Positions 39,518-49,212 of a stretch of 62,374 nucleotides of DNA are shown here, one piece after another. The notes under the pieces are model-generated. The model saw only the letters and a list, made by a program, of their open reading frames with translations, was not told the origin of the DNA and searched no databases. The DNA is from Actinomycetes bacterium (GTDB lineage: Bacteria > Actinomycetota > Actinomycetes > S36-B12 > UBA5976): positions 1 through 62,374 of the forward strand of contig BJFU01000003.1 in the NCBI GenBank assembly GCA_014190035.1, written 5' to 3'. A program made the translations under genes and the position numbers. The first letter of the stretch is position 1, and each line of letters begins with the position of its first letter.

Positions 39518-40003
39518 ATGAGCCAGAGCGAGCATCCTTCAGTCACCAAGTTTCGAAAAGCTGCATCTGAACTAGGCATCAAAGGTGAAGTGATCCAAAC
39601 CCAAGAGACAGCTCGTACTGCTGATGAAGCAGCAGCAACTTTAGGAGTTCAAGTCGGACAAATTGTTAAGTCCTTAGTGTTTGAAGCAGATGGAGAAACT
39701 GTTTTAGTTCTTACTTCTGGTGAAAACAAAGTTGACACCAACAAAGTGGCTATTGCTTTCAACGTTTCAAAAGTTGGCAAAGCTGATGCTGATAAAACTC
39801 GTGAAGTAACCGGTTATGCCATTGGTGGAGTTCCACCTCTAGGACATTCAACAAAGATGAAGATCTTAATTGATGAAACATTTAAGAAGTTTGATGAAAT
39901 TTGGGCCGCAGCAGGTCATCCCCATTTTGTGTTTCCCACTACTTATGAGGAATTAGTAAGACTAAGTGGAGCAATACCAACTGACGTGGCGCTAAAGGGT
40001 TAA
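39518..40003 (+). CDS. YbaK/EbsC family aminoacyl-tRNA deacylase
   Basis: TADEAAATLG...QIVKSLVF, TGYAIGGVPPLGH, WAAAG. Confidence 0.92.
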   Translation: MSQSEHPSVTKFRKAASELGIKGEVIQTQETARTADEAAATLGVQVGQIVKSLVFEADGETVLVLTSGENKVDTNKVAIAFNVSKVGKADADKTREVTGYAIGGVPPLGHSTKMKILIDETFKKFDEIWAAAGHPHFVFPTTYEELVRLSGAIPTDVALKG

Positions 40004-40017
40004 AGGACAATAAACAC

Positions 40018-40812
40018 ATGAGTATTCGGGTTTATAGAGGACCTCACCGTGATTCCGGTGGACCAACAGCAGGCTTTAGAACACTTCCTTGGGTTTTCTT
40101 TGCTCTCGGTGTTTTAGGAACAGCTCTTTGGCCAATATTTCCTCTTGATCGAAAAGATTCATTAACTTTCTTTATTGTTTTCTTTCTTTTTGTAGCAACC
40201 ACTGCTCACGCATTTATTTGGTGGGGAATGGCTTGGGCTGCCACATTTATGGTGGTTTCTTTAGGAATAAGTTTCTCGGCTTTAGCAATAAATTCAGCAA
40301 CAGGATTAATTCTGGGTGATATCAATTACACATACAGGCTTGGTTTTCAATTACTTTATGTTCCATTTGTTACTCCCCTAATTTGGAGTTCAGCAATCTA
40401 TATAGGAATAGTTATTTCTCGAAGAATTTCTCGAGCAGTTGCAATGTCTCCCTTAACTGCAGCTTTTGCTACCACGGGATTATTAATTGCTCTTGATGGA
40501 TTATTTGTTAAAGCAGGTTTTTATAGCTGGCTTACTTGGATAGATAATCCAGCCTTACTTGGTTTATCTCCAATAAAAGCTCAATTGGTAACTTTTGTAA
40601 TTGTGTTAGTAATCATGTTGCTCAGCGGACAAAACTCAAAGAATGATCGCTATTCCACCCGTATGCCAATATTGGCCTATTCTTGGATTTTTGTTTTCAC
40701 AATTTTTTGTGCCAGATTCCTAGTTGATAGCTTAAATAGTTTTCTGGTAGCAATTTTAGTTATGGCTTATATAATTGCTGCTTTTGTTTATAAAACTATA
40801 AGAGGCAATTAA
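40018..40812 (+). CDS. CruF-like carotenoid biosynthesis membrane protein (divergent)
   Basis: Multi-TM protein with TG..LG...Y...LG.....VP...PL.W pattern, at the head of the carotenoid cluster. Confidence 0.6.
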   Translation: MSIRVYRGPHRDSGGPTAGFRTLPWVFFALGVLGTALWPIFPLDRKDSLTFFIVFFLFVATTAHAFIWWGMAWAATFMVVSLGISFSALAINSATGLILGDINYTYRLGFQLLYVPFVTPLIWSSAIYIGIVISRRISRAVAMSPLTAAFATTGLLIALDGLFVKAGFYSWLTWIDNPALLGLSPIKAQLVTFVIVLVIMLLSGQNSKNDRYSTRMPILAYSWIFVFTIFCARFLVDSLNSFLVAILVMAYIIAAFVYKTIRGN

Positions 40813-41694
40813 ATGAGTGATGAAGAAAAAGAATCAAGCGGTTTAGGATTCTTACTAGCTCTAGGTGGTGCTGCTGCTGCAATTTATACCGCTTACAAAG
40901 TATTCATTAAACCTGAGGTAACTGAAATTGAATTAAATAATGTTGCTTCCGCAGTTAATAGTGAAGTTTCAATTCTTATTCCAGCACATCTTGATGAAGC
41001 AACTTCCACTATTCGTGAAGCAAAAGATCAACACCACTTATCAAATTTTGATGTTTTAGCAATTGAAGATAAAGGGCATGTATCAGATAAACCAGAATCT
41101 TGGACTAGTAAAGCCTGGGGATGTCAAAGAATTGCTTTCAAAGCAACTGGAGAATATTTAGTATTTATTGAACCAGGAATCAAGTTAACTCCTGATGCCG
41201 TGGCATTAAGTATAAATTGTTTGCAAGAAAACAATCTAGATGCACTATTAATTCAACCTACAATTTTGAATAAAACAGAGCCTGCAGTTATTGCAAACTT
41301 CTTATTGTCTTTACCAACTCCGTTAAATGAAAATGAAGGCACAGATATTGATGCATCATTCTTAGTGATTAACAGAAATGCTTATAGTGCAATGGCTGGT
41401 CACACCAGAGTTGCCAATGAAAAATTTGAAGGAGGAGCTTGGGTTAAAGAATTAACTGCCGCAGATTTTAAAGTCGCTGTAGTTGATGGAAGTGGTGTTG
41501 CTTCCAAGATGGCAAGTATTGAATTGCCAGTTCTTGATGAAGATCTAGCAGTTAGAGCAGGAACATTTCTAGGTACATATTTACTGCCTGCAGTAGCAAT
41601 TCTGGGTGGAAGATCCTCCTTTAAACAATTCTTAGGCTCTCTTGGTCTCATAGCCAACATCGCAACTGTTATCAAATCTCGAAGAATCCGATAA
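40813..41694 (+). CDS. Glycosyltransferase family 2-like protein (carotenoid GT-like, divergent)
   Basis: VSILIPA, P..W..K.W.C, ATGEYLVFI, R.AY...GH..V motifs, but DXD is absent. Confidence 0.6.
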   Translation: MSDEEKESSGLGFLLALGGAAAAIYTAYKVFIKPEVTEIELNNVASAVNSEVSILIPAHLDEATSTIREAKDQHHLSNFDVLAIEDKGHVSDKPESWTSKAWGCQRIAFKATGEYLVFIEPGIKLTPDAVALSINCLQENNLDALLIQPTILNKTEPAVIANFLLSLPTPLNENEGTDIDASFLVINRNAYSAMAGHTRVANEKFEGGAWVKELTAADFKVAVVDGSGVASKMASIELPVLDEDLAVRAGTFLGTYLLPAVAILGGRSSFKQFLGSLGLIANIATVIKSRRIR

Positions 41695-41707
41695 TCTCTT
41701 TTCACCA

Positions 41708-42757
41708 ATGAAAGCTTTAGAGATACGCCCTCGCGTTCAAGAATGCCTGGATGAATTCATTCAGGAACAAAGACCACTTTTAAATAAAGTTTCTCCATCC
41801 CTTGATCCGTTAGCAGATTTTGCACATGAATTTTTATCAGGTGGAAAAAGATTAAGAGCAGCTTTTTGTTACTGGGGATACATCGGTGCTGGTGGAAAAG
41901 ATTCCAAAGAATTAATTTGTGCTTCAACTGCATTAGAGCTTTTACAAGCTTGCGCCCTTGTTCATGATGATGTGATGGATGCATCTGACACAAGACGTGG
42001 CAAACCTTCAATTCATAAAAGATTTGAAACTATGCATCAAGAATCTAAATGGTTAGGTGATAAAAAACAATTTGGCAGTGGCGGAGCAATTTTATTAGGT
42101 GACTTGTTGCTTTCTTGGGCTGATGAAATGTTGATTAATTCAGGGTTAGCTGCGACAGATTTATTTAGAGGTAAAAAGATTTACGATCTGATGAGAACAG
42201 AATTAATGGCTGGACAGTATTTAGATATTTTTGAACAAGCCCGCGGTGGCGGTTCAATTGAAAACGCTTTAAATGTAATCAGGTATAAATCTGCCAAATA
42301 CACAATTGAAAGACCCCTTCACTTAGGTGGAGCTCTTGCTACAGATAACAAACAAATTTTACAAACCTACACAGATTATGGACTTCCTCTTGGCGAAGCT
42401 TTTCAATTAAGAGATGACGTGCTGGGAGTATTTGGTGATCCATCAGAAACTGGAAAACCTGCCGGAGATGATTTAAGAGAAGGCAAAAGAACTGTATTAA
42501 TTGAAATGACTTACCAAAAAGCTAATGATGCTCAAAAGAGTGAATTGAATAAACATTTTGGTAAAGATTTAGATGACCAAGGCGTTGAGACCTTAAGAGA
42601 AGTCGTCACAGCCACTGGAGCCTTAAACGAAGTCGAAACCATGATTTCTAATCTTTTGAACCAGTCCCAGCAGACTTTGACTGAGGCAAATGTCACAGCC
42701 CAGGCTAAAGAAGCGTTTTCCGAGTTGGCACTTGCCGCAACTTCTAGAAGAGTATGA
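41708..42757 (+). CDS. crtE: Geranylgeranyl diphosphate synthase
   Basis: GGKRLR, HDDVMD..DTRRG, GQYLD, FQLRDD. Confidence 0.9.
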   Translation: MKALEIRPRVQECLDEFIQEQRPLLNKVSPSLDPLADFAHEFLSGGKRLRAAFCYWGYIGAGGKDSKELICASTALELLQACALVHDDVMDASDTRRGKPSIHKRFETMHQESKWLGDKKQFGSGGAILLGDLLLSWADEMLINSGLAATDLFRGKKIYDLMRTELMAGQYLDIFEQARGGGSIENALNVIRYKSAKYTIERPLHLGGALATDNKQILQTYTDYGLPLGEAFQLRDDVLGVFGDPSETGKPAGDDLREGKRTVLIEMTYQKANDAQKSELNKHFGKDLDDQGVETLREVVTATGALNEVETMISNLLNQSQQTLTEANVTAQAKEAFSELALAATSRRV

Positions 42758-44301
42758 CCATGAGCTATTCGCCAACCAGATTGATTCCCGGTCGCATGCG
42801 CACCGTTAAAGGTCCAACCGATCATGTCGTCATTGTTGGTGCAGGTTTAGCAGGATTATCAACTGCTCTTCGTTTAGCTGGTAAGGGCAGAAAAGTAACT
42901 GTTATTGAAAAAGAATCAGTTCCAGGTGGACGAAACGGTTTATTAGTTAAAGATGGTTACAACTTTGATACTGGTCCATCTGTTCTAACAATGCCAGATT
43001 TAATTGCTGATGCATTTGATTGTGTTGGCGAAAACATGCACGACTGGTTAGATTTACAACCAGTTTCTCCTCTATATCGCGCTTACTATCACGATGGTTC
43101 TCAATTAGATGTTCATGCCAATCCTCAAAGAATGGCTCAAGAAATTGAAGAAGTAATTGGTGCTGATGAAGCTAAAGGTTACTTAAAATACGTTGATTTT
43201 GTTTCCAAGCTTTATCAATATGAAATGAAAGATTTCATTGATAGAAATATTGACTCTCCCCTAAATCTTCTTACCCCAAACTTGGCAAAACTTGTTGCAC
43301 TTGGTGGCTTTAGAAGACTTGCGCCAAAAGCTCAACAATACTTAAAAGATTTTAGAACCGAAAGAGTTTATTCATTCCAGGCAATGTATGCAGGTCTTTC
43401 TCCTTATCAAGCATTAGCAATTTATGGAGTTATTGCTTACATGGATTCTGTTGCTGGTGTTTTCTTTCCCAAAGGCGGAATGCATGCAGTACCTCGCGCA
43501 TTAGCTGCAGCTGCTGCAAAACATGGTGTGGAGTTTAAATACAACACTGAAATTACAAAGGTTGAAAAAAGTGGCAATCGTGCCACCGCTGTAATTACAA
43601 AAACTGGGGAAAGAATTGCTGCTGATGTAGTAGTACTAAACCCAGATCTTCCTGTGGCTTATGAAAACCTTCTTGGCGAAGTTCCTTGGTCTGTGAAAAG
43701 ACTTAAATACTCTCCTTCGGCCATGGTTTTACTTGCCGGAAGCAAAAAGAAATACCCAAATATTGCTCATCACAACATTCATTTCGGTAAAGACTGGAAG
43801 GGTGTATTTGATGATCTAATTGAAAAAGAACAATTCATGCAAGACCCAAGTCTTTTAGTTACCAACTCAACTCTTTCAGATCCAGAATTAGCACCAAGTG
43901 GCAAACAAATTTATTACGTGTTATTTCCAACTCCAAATACAGGTTCAAAGATTGATTGGGTTAAAGAAACTCCTCGTTATAGAGATGAAATGGTTAGAGT
44001 TTTGGAAGAACGCGGTTATGAAGGTTTTGGGGAAAACATTGAAGTTGAACATGTCACTGGTCCTTTGGAATGGGAACAACAAGGTATGAAAAATGGAGCA
44101 CCTTTTGCTTCTGCTCACACTTTCTTACAAACCGGTCCATTTAGACCAGGCAACATGTGGGGTGAAAACGTTGTGTTTGCAGGTTCTGGAACTCAACCAG
44201 GAGTTGGTGTTCCCATGGTTTTGATCAGTGGACGTTTGGCTGCTGAAAGAATTCTAGGTAAAGATAAAAATTACAATTCAAGGTCAAATAGAAAATATTA
44301 A
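42754..44301 (+). CDS. crtI: Phytoene desaturase (start could be a slightly later ATG)
   Basis: GAGLAGL FAD motif, FDTGPSVLTMP, QTGPFRP, GVGVPMVLISG. Confidence 0.95.
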   Translation: MTMSYSPTRLIPGRMRTVKGPTDHVVIVGAGLAGLSTALRLAGKGRKVTVIEKESVPGGRNGLLVKDGYNFDTGPSVLTMPDLIADAFDCVGENMHDWLDLQPVSPLYRAYYHDGSQLDVHANPQRMAQEIEEVIGADEAKGYLKYVDFVSKLYQYEMKDFIDRNIDSPLNLLTPNLAKLVALGGFRRLAPKAQQYLKDFRTERVYSFQAMYAGLSPYQALAIYGVIAYMDSVAGVFFPKGGMHAVPRALAAAAAKHGVEFKYNTEITKVEKSGNRATAVITKTGERIAADVVVLNPDLPVAYENLLGEVPWSVKRLKYSPSAMVLLAGSKKKYPNIAHHNIHFGKDWKGVFDDLIEKEQFMQDPSLLVTNSTLSDPELAPSGKQIYYVLFPTPNTGSKIDWVKETPRYRDEMVRVLEERGYEGFGENIEVEHVTGPLEWEQQGMKNGAPFASAHTFLQTGPFRPGNMWGENVVFAGSGTQPGVGVPMVLISGRLAAERILGKDKNYNSRSNRKY

Positions 44302-44303
44302 TC

Positions 44304-45254
44304 ATGTCAAAGCGTGAATTAATCGCTTCAGGAATTACTGATCCTGAAATGCAGGAATCATATGAAAGATGTCGAAAACTTAACTCCAAACACGGAAAAA
44401 CCTATTATTTAGCAACGCTTTTATTGCCTCCAGGCAAAAGACCTTATGTTCATGCCCTTTACGGATTTGCCCGTTATGCCGATGAAATTGTGGATGATTT
44501 ATCCAGTACCTTAACTGATCAAGAAAAATCTGACTGGTTAGTTAATTGGGGTAATAACTTCTTAAGAGACTTAAAACGCGGTAAATCAGATGATCCAATT
44601 TGTAAAGCTGTTGTTGACACTGTCAATAGGTGGGAAATACCAACAGAACTATTCGAAGCATTTCTTCACTCAATGCGCATGGATTTAACAATCACTGAAT
44701 ATCAAACATTTAAAGATCTACACGAATATGTTTACGGTTCAGCTGCTGTAATTGGTTTACAAATGGTGCCAATTCTTGAACCTACTTCTCAGATTGCTTA
44801 CGAAAGAGCTCAAGATTTAGGAATAGCTTTTCAACTTGCTAACTTTGTAAGAGATGTTTCAGAAGATTTAACTCGAGGAAGAATTTATCTTCCCCTAGAA
44901 GAATTAGCAAAATTTGGAGTTGATAGATCCTATCTTCAAAGAAGAGTGGCAGATAAGAATGTTAAAGATGCCTTAAAGTTTCAAATTCAAAGAGTTAAGC
45001 AATTAGAAGAAAAATCAAGATCTGGAATTGAATTCCTACATCCATCATCAAGACCGTGTATTGAAGCAGCAAGGATTCTATATTGCGGAATTGTTGATGC
45101 TGTGGAAGCAATTGATTATGAAGTATTTAATAAACGTGCCAAGGTTTCCATGACACAAAGATTAAAAGTGGCAGTTCCTGCATGGCGTGAAGGTGTAAAA
45201 GCTAGAAATGAATTTGGGCAAGGACACGTGCAAGGAATAGCTAAAGTTATTTAA
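44304..45254 (+). CDS. crtB: Phytoene synthase
   Basis: YGFARYADEIVDD, YVYGSAAVIG, FQLANFVRDV.ED..RGRIYLP. Confidence 0.95.
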   Translation: MSKRELIASGITDPEMQESYERCRKLNSKHGKTYYLATLLLPPGKRPYVHALYGFARYADEIVDDLSSTLTDQEKSDWLVNWGNNFLRDLKRGKSDDPICKAVVDTVNRWEIPTELFEAFLHSMRMDLTITEYQTFKDLHEYVYGSAAVIGLQMVPILEPTSQIAYERAQDLGIAFQLANFVRDVSEDLTRGRIYLPLEELAKFGVDRSYLQRRVADKNVKDALKFQIQRVKQLEEKSRSGIEFLHPSSRPCIEAARILYCGIVDAVEAIDYEVFNKRAKVSMTQRLKVAVPAWREGVKARNEFGQGHVQGIAKVI

Positions 45255-45255
45255 A

Positions 45256-45660
45256 TTATTTTTTAGTTCCGTACCAATGACCTTTAGGCCACCACTTAGG
45301 TGGAGATTCAGAATATGGTTCTCTTTGAATATTTTTTCTACCTAACCAAATCCAAATTGAGATAGTCATAACAATCATGGAAAAACCAAAAAATACATCT
45401 TCAACTGGTGCATAAAACAATCTGCCATCACCAATCATTGGTGGAGTTTTATCTGAATAGTCTCCCCCAATTAGTGCAAAGTCGTTATATCTAACAATTA
45501 AGTTTTTTGTTAAAATTCCATTAGTTACAAATTGAAAAAACAAAACAATAACGTAGCTTAACCAAAACATTCTTAATTTTAAAACTTTGGTTTTTAGAAT
45601 ATAGAAATCTAAGACAAAAGCAAGTAAGCAATAAATTATGCCAATTTGGATGTAGGTCAT
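45256..45660 (-). CDS. Heterodimeric lycopene cyclase subunit (CrtYd-like)
   Basis: TNG.LT...IVRYN and APVEDVFFGFS motifs; coupled to the partner subunit. Confidence 0.85.
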   Translation of the reverse strand: MTYIQIGIIYCLLAFVLDFYILKTKVLKLRMFWLSYVIVLFFQFVTNGILTKNLIVRYNDFALIGGDYSDKTPPMIGDGRLFYAPVEDVFFGFSMIVMTISIWIWLGRKNIQREPYSESPPKWWPKGHWYGTKK

Positions 45661-45986
45661 TTCTCATCCCCGGCTTTTTCTTGCTTAATTGATCTAACTG
45701 CTTCAAATGACAACAATGCAGCAATTGGCACGATTATGAAGAACAGTAATTCCTCTAAAGGTAGAAATCCAATTAAAGTAATGCCCGTAACTTTTGTTTC
45801 ATCAAAAAACCAATGGTTATTTGTTATTGCGTAGTAGTCCCAAATTACAAACAAAATCACAACTGGAGTAATCGTTAGAACTAATCTCTTTAATTTTCTT
45901 AAAACTCTTGCTTGCAAGATAATTTCTAACCAAACTGTGCCAAAGAGGATGAAAGCCAAAACTCCTAGGTAGGAAAATTTGCTCAT
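45657..45986 (-). CDS. Heterodimeric lycopene cyclase subunit (CrtYc-like)
   Basis: WD.YAI...HWFF and LPLEELLFF motifs. Confidence 0.87.
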   Translation of the reverse strand: MSKFSYLGVLAFILFGTVWLEIILQARVLRKLKRLVLTITPVVILFVIWDYYAITNNHWFFDETKVTGITLIGFLPLEELLFFIIVPIAALLSFEAVRSIKQEKAGDEK

Positions 45987-45999
45987 AAAACTAACTTAA

Positions 46000-46830
46000 T
46001 CAATAAGCCCAAGGAGCCCAGCCGCGAACTATCCAGCCGTTGTAGGCAACTAAGTCTTGATCTCTACAACTTGCTTTCTCGGGCTTGGAAGCAAACTGCT
46101 TGCCACCATAGGTTTTCCAAAAAGCAGGGCTCATTTGCCAGCGGCCTCGATATTTGCCACTTCGACCAATTGCCTTGCAGTTTCGATGGGATTCTTTCAT
46201 GGAAATAAATCGCGCAAAAGCACTTACTCGCCAAACTTCAAAGGGAACTAATTCTCTTGCTTCTCGATAAAGTTTTGCATCCTTGGTAAGAGTGATATCC
46301 CCTTTATATTTGGCGACAATTTTCTTTTTCTTTTTTGATAACTTAACTACTTTAGTTTTCTTACCCCGATCAATAGTTGCACCCGATGTTGCAGCAATAA
46401 CTGCAGCTAATGCTGGATCTACTGCTACAGGTTGGGCAGCAACCTGTTCAGCAATTTTTTCATCCGCTCTTTGTTCATCTAGGGATTCAAATATTTTGGT
46501 CCAACCAATTTTTCCAAGAGATGTTCCATCATCGGAGTCACCTAAGTCTTTATAAAAAGCTGATATTGCTTTAGTAGTTGATGGTCCATATTTGCCATTA
46601 GCAGTTGAAATGTCATAACCAAGTTCAATTAAAGCTGCTTGCACTTTTTTCACACTTGAATTATTGGAACCCTTGGTGAGTTTACTTTTACCTGGATAAT
46701 CAGGAACTTCCATAACTATGGCAATTGCCATAGGAGTTGCTTGTGCTGAGAATTGTAAGTTTGTTGAAATTAGAGCGGCCAAGGCACCGATTATTAGATA
46801 ACGGGTAGGGCGGCGTGTGAACGTCGTCAT
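46000..46830 (-). CDS. Secreted peptidoglycan-binding protein with C-terminal Rpf-like lytic transglycosylase domain
   Basis: Signal peptide (AQA), PG-binding-1 pattern (L.KGS....VKKVQ.AL..LGY....G.YG..T..AI..F), C-terminal ES...G.YRG.WQ....W..YGG..FA..P..AS...QD..A...GW.PW. Confidence 0.72.
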   Translation of the reverse strand: MTTFTRRPTRYLIIGALAALISTNLQFSAQATPMAIAIVMEVPDYPGKSKLTKGSNNSSVKKVQAALIELGYDISTANGKYGPSTTKAISAFYKDLGDSDDGTSLGKIGWTKIFESLDEQRADEKIAEQVAAQPVAVDPALAAVIAATSGATIDRGKKTKVVKLSKKKKKIVAKYKGDITLTKDAKLYREARELVPFEVWRVSAFARFISMKESHRNCKAIGRSGKYRGRWQMSPAFWKTYGGKQFASKPEKASCRDQDLVAYNGWIVRGWAPWAY

Positions 46831-46871
46831 CCTTCGAGGCTACAACACTTAAATGAACTAGGCGCATTGAG

Positions 46872-47384
46872 TTAGCGCAAGTTGTGGATACCTTCGTGTG
46901 TTAATAATAACTTCTTGAGGGAAACACCAAATGCGTAATTCCCAATAGCCCCACCAGTCTTCACAACACGATGACATGGAATAAATGGTGCAATTAGATT
47001 CTTGGCACATGCAGATCCAGCAGCTCTTACTGCTTTTGCATTTCCTGCTTTTTGGGCAAGATCTGCATAACTGATTACCTTTCCGCCTTTTACTTTTCTT
47101 AACATTTTCCAACAGCTTTGCATGAAATCTCCACCAGGTTGCAAAACCTTTAATTGGGCAAATGCATCTAAATCACCATCAACCCAGTCATTAACAACTG
47201 CAGTTACTCCATCTAATTTTGTATCTTTTTTGATTTCAAATTCTTTATATTTTTCAGGCAATTGTTTCATTAATTTTGCTAAGGGTTTAAATCCTGCACC
47301 AATAACAGTTGGAGTATTTGTAACATCAACAACGCTAGCAATTTTTCCCCAAGGTGTAGAAATTTCGTGCGTTAAAAGTTTCAT
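46872..47384 (-). CDS. ogt: Methylated-DNA-protein-cysteine methyltransferase
   Basis: SYADLA...G...AVRAAG.AC..N and IPCHRV active site. Confidence 0.93.
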   Translation of the reverse strand: MKLLTHEISTPWGKIASVVDVTNTPTVIGAGFKPLAKLMKQLPEKYKEFEIKKDTKLDGVTAVVNDWVDGDLDAFAQLKVLQPGGDFMQSCWKMLRKVKGGKVISYADLAQKAGNAKAVRAAGSACAKNLIAPFIPCHRVVKTGGAIGNYAFGVSLKKLLLTHEGIHNLR

Positions 47385-47385
47385 T

Positions 47386-47859
47386 TTACGGTTGAGTACT
47401 AGTCGAATCTATTTGTTCTGGGAAAGGTTCAGGAAGATCATAACCAGTAATTATGGTGGCAAATTCATCTGCTTCAAAGGCTGGATAAGGAGTTAACTTC
47501 TGAATACCTGCTACTTGAGCTAATTTGGTAGCAGCTTCAATGGCATCTGGTCTGTAAAGCAATTCACTGGTTTCAATATTTCTTTTCTTATAGTTATCAA
47601 TCTTGGTGACAAAAACTCCAAAAGTTTCTAAACGAGAACCAAGTCTGGTACTTAAACCTTCACGATTTGTGCCATTAAGAATGGTTACCACCATTTTGTC
47701 TAAGGTAACTACCCCATCTTCAACAGAAGCTGAAGGTTGAGGATTCAAGATTGCTTCAATTCGATTCACTCGATAATTTGATAAAGCAGCACTAGCAATT
47801 ACGCTAATCACCAATAAACCAAGAACTGAACCAAGAATGATTTGGGTGCGCTTATTCAT
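47386..47859 (-). CDS. Membrane-anchored LytR C-terminal domain protein
   Basis: One TM, then V.ILNGT.REGL...L...G pattern and IITG.D end. Confidence 0.8.
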   Translation of the reverse strand: MNKRTQIILGSVLGLLVISVIASAALSNYRVNRIEAILNPQPSASVEDGVVTLDKMVVTILNGTNREGLSTRLGSRLETFGVFVTKIDNYKKRNIETSELLYRPDAIEAATKLAQVAGIQKLTPYPAFEADEFATIITGYDLPEPFPEQIDSTSTQP

Positions 47860-47884
47860 TGAAACTAAACCTACTTAATGGTTG

Positions 47885-49210
47885 TTATTTGGCAAGCATT
47901 TCTGATACTTGGAAGGCTAATTCCAATGCTTGCACGCGGTTTAGTCTTGGATCACAAGCTGTTTCGTAACGCATTGGTAAGTCTTTTTCCATTACACCAG
48001 ATATTCCACCAATACATTCAGTTACATCGTCTCCGGTTAATTCAATATGCATTCCACCTGGATGAGTTCCAAGTTGGCGATGAACGGTAAAGAAATCTCT
48101 GATTTCACTTAAGACATCACTAAATTCTCTAGTCTTTAAACCAGAGGCTGATTCTCTAGTGTTGCCATGCATAGGATCACATACCCAAATAACAGGATGT
48201 CCTGATTTTTCAACAGCTTCAATTATGGGAGGTAATTTCTCTATTACATTTCCCACACCCATACGGCTAATTAAAGTTAATCTTCCTGGTGTTTTATCAG
48301 GATCAAGTTTTTGAACCATTTTCACAACATCAGCAGGATCTGCTTTTGGTCCAACTTTGCAACCAATTGGATTTTGAATAGAAGCCATGAACTCAGCATG
48401 TGCACCATTTGGTTCACGAGTTCTTTCTCCCATCCATAAGAAGTGAGCAGAAGTGTCATAGGTTCTACCAGTTACAAAATCTGTTCTTGACATTGCTTTT
48501 TCGTAATCAAGAAGTAATGCTTCGTGCGCGGTAAAGAATTCAACTGATCTAAATTCAACAGGATCTGCACCACAGGCATGCATGAATGCAAGAGCGCGAT
48601 CAATATCTTTTGCTAATTGATCATATTTTTTACCTGAATCAGAATTTGCAACGAAATCTCTGTTCCAAGCATGAATCATTCTTAAGTCAGCAGAGCCATC
48701 TTGAGAAAAAGATCTAATTAAGTTTAATGTGGCATTTGAAGATTTGTAAGCTCTAATTAATCTTTGTGGATCTGGTCTTCTAGCTTCTGGGGTAAATGCA
48801 ACATCATTAATAGCATCACCACGGTAGGAAGGAAGAGAGATTCCATTAATAGTTTCTTCATTGGAACTTCTTGGTTTGAAGTATTGACCAGCAATTCGAC
48901 CAACTTTAACTACTGGAAGAGTTGCTCCATAAGTTAAAACAACTGCCATTTGTAGAACTGTTTTTAATCTTGCTCTAACTGAATTAGCAGTATTAGCAGC
49001 AAAAGTTTCAGCACAATCGCCACCAGTTAAGAAAAATGCTTCGCCACGTGAAACATCAGCAAGTCTTTGAGTTAATAAATCACATTCACTAGCAAACACC
49101 AATGGAGGTAATGCTTTAAGTTCTTTGACGACGCGATTTAGTTCATCAGCGTCAGGCCATTCAGGCTGCTGTTTCGCTGATGTAACCGCTGGGGAATTTT
49201 GCGGTGACAT
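47885..49210 (-). CDS. aroF: Class II DAHP synthase
   Basis: QQPEWPD, GGDCAETF, GRIAGQY.KPRS, CDPMHGNT, CDPRLN. Confidence 0.95.
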   Translation of the reverse strand: MSPQNSPAVTSAKQQPEWPDADELNRVVKELKALPPLVFASECDLLTQRLADVSRGEAFFLTGGDCAETFAANTANSVRARLKTVLQMAVVLTYGATLPVVKVGRIAGQYFKPRSSNEETINGISLPSYRGDAINDVAFTPEARRPDPQRLIRAYKSSNATLNLIRSFSQDGSADLRMIHAWNRDFVANSDSGKKYDQLAKDIDRALAFMHACGADPVEFRSVEFFTAHEALLLDYEKAMSRTDFVTGRTYDTSAHFLWMGERTREPNGAHAEFMASIQNPIGCKVGPKADPADVVKMVQKLDPDKTPGRLTLISRMGVGNVIEKLPPIIEAVEKSGHPVIWVCDPMHGNTRESASGLKTREFSDVLSEIRDFFTVHRQLGTHPGGMHIELTGDDVTECIGGISGVMEKDLPMRYETACDPRLNRVQALELAFQVSEMLAK

Positions 49211-49212
49211 TT

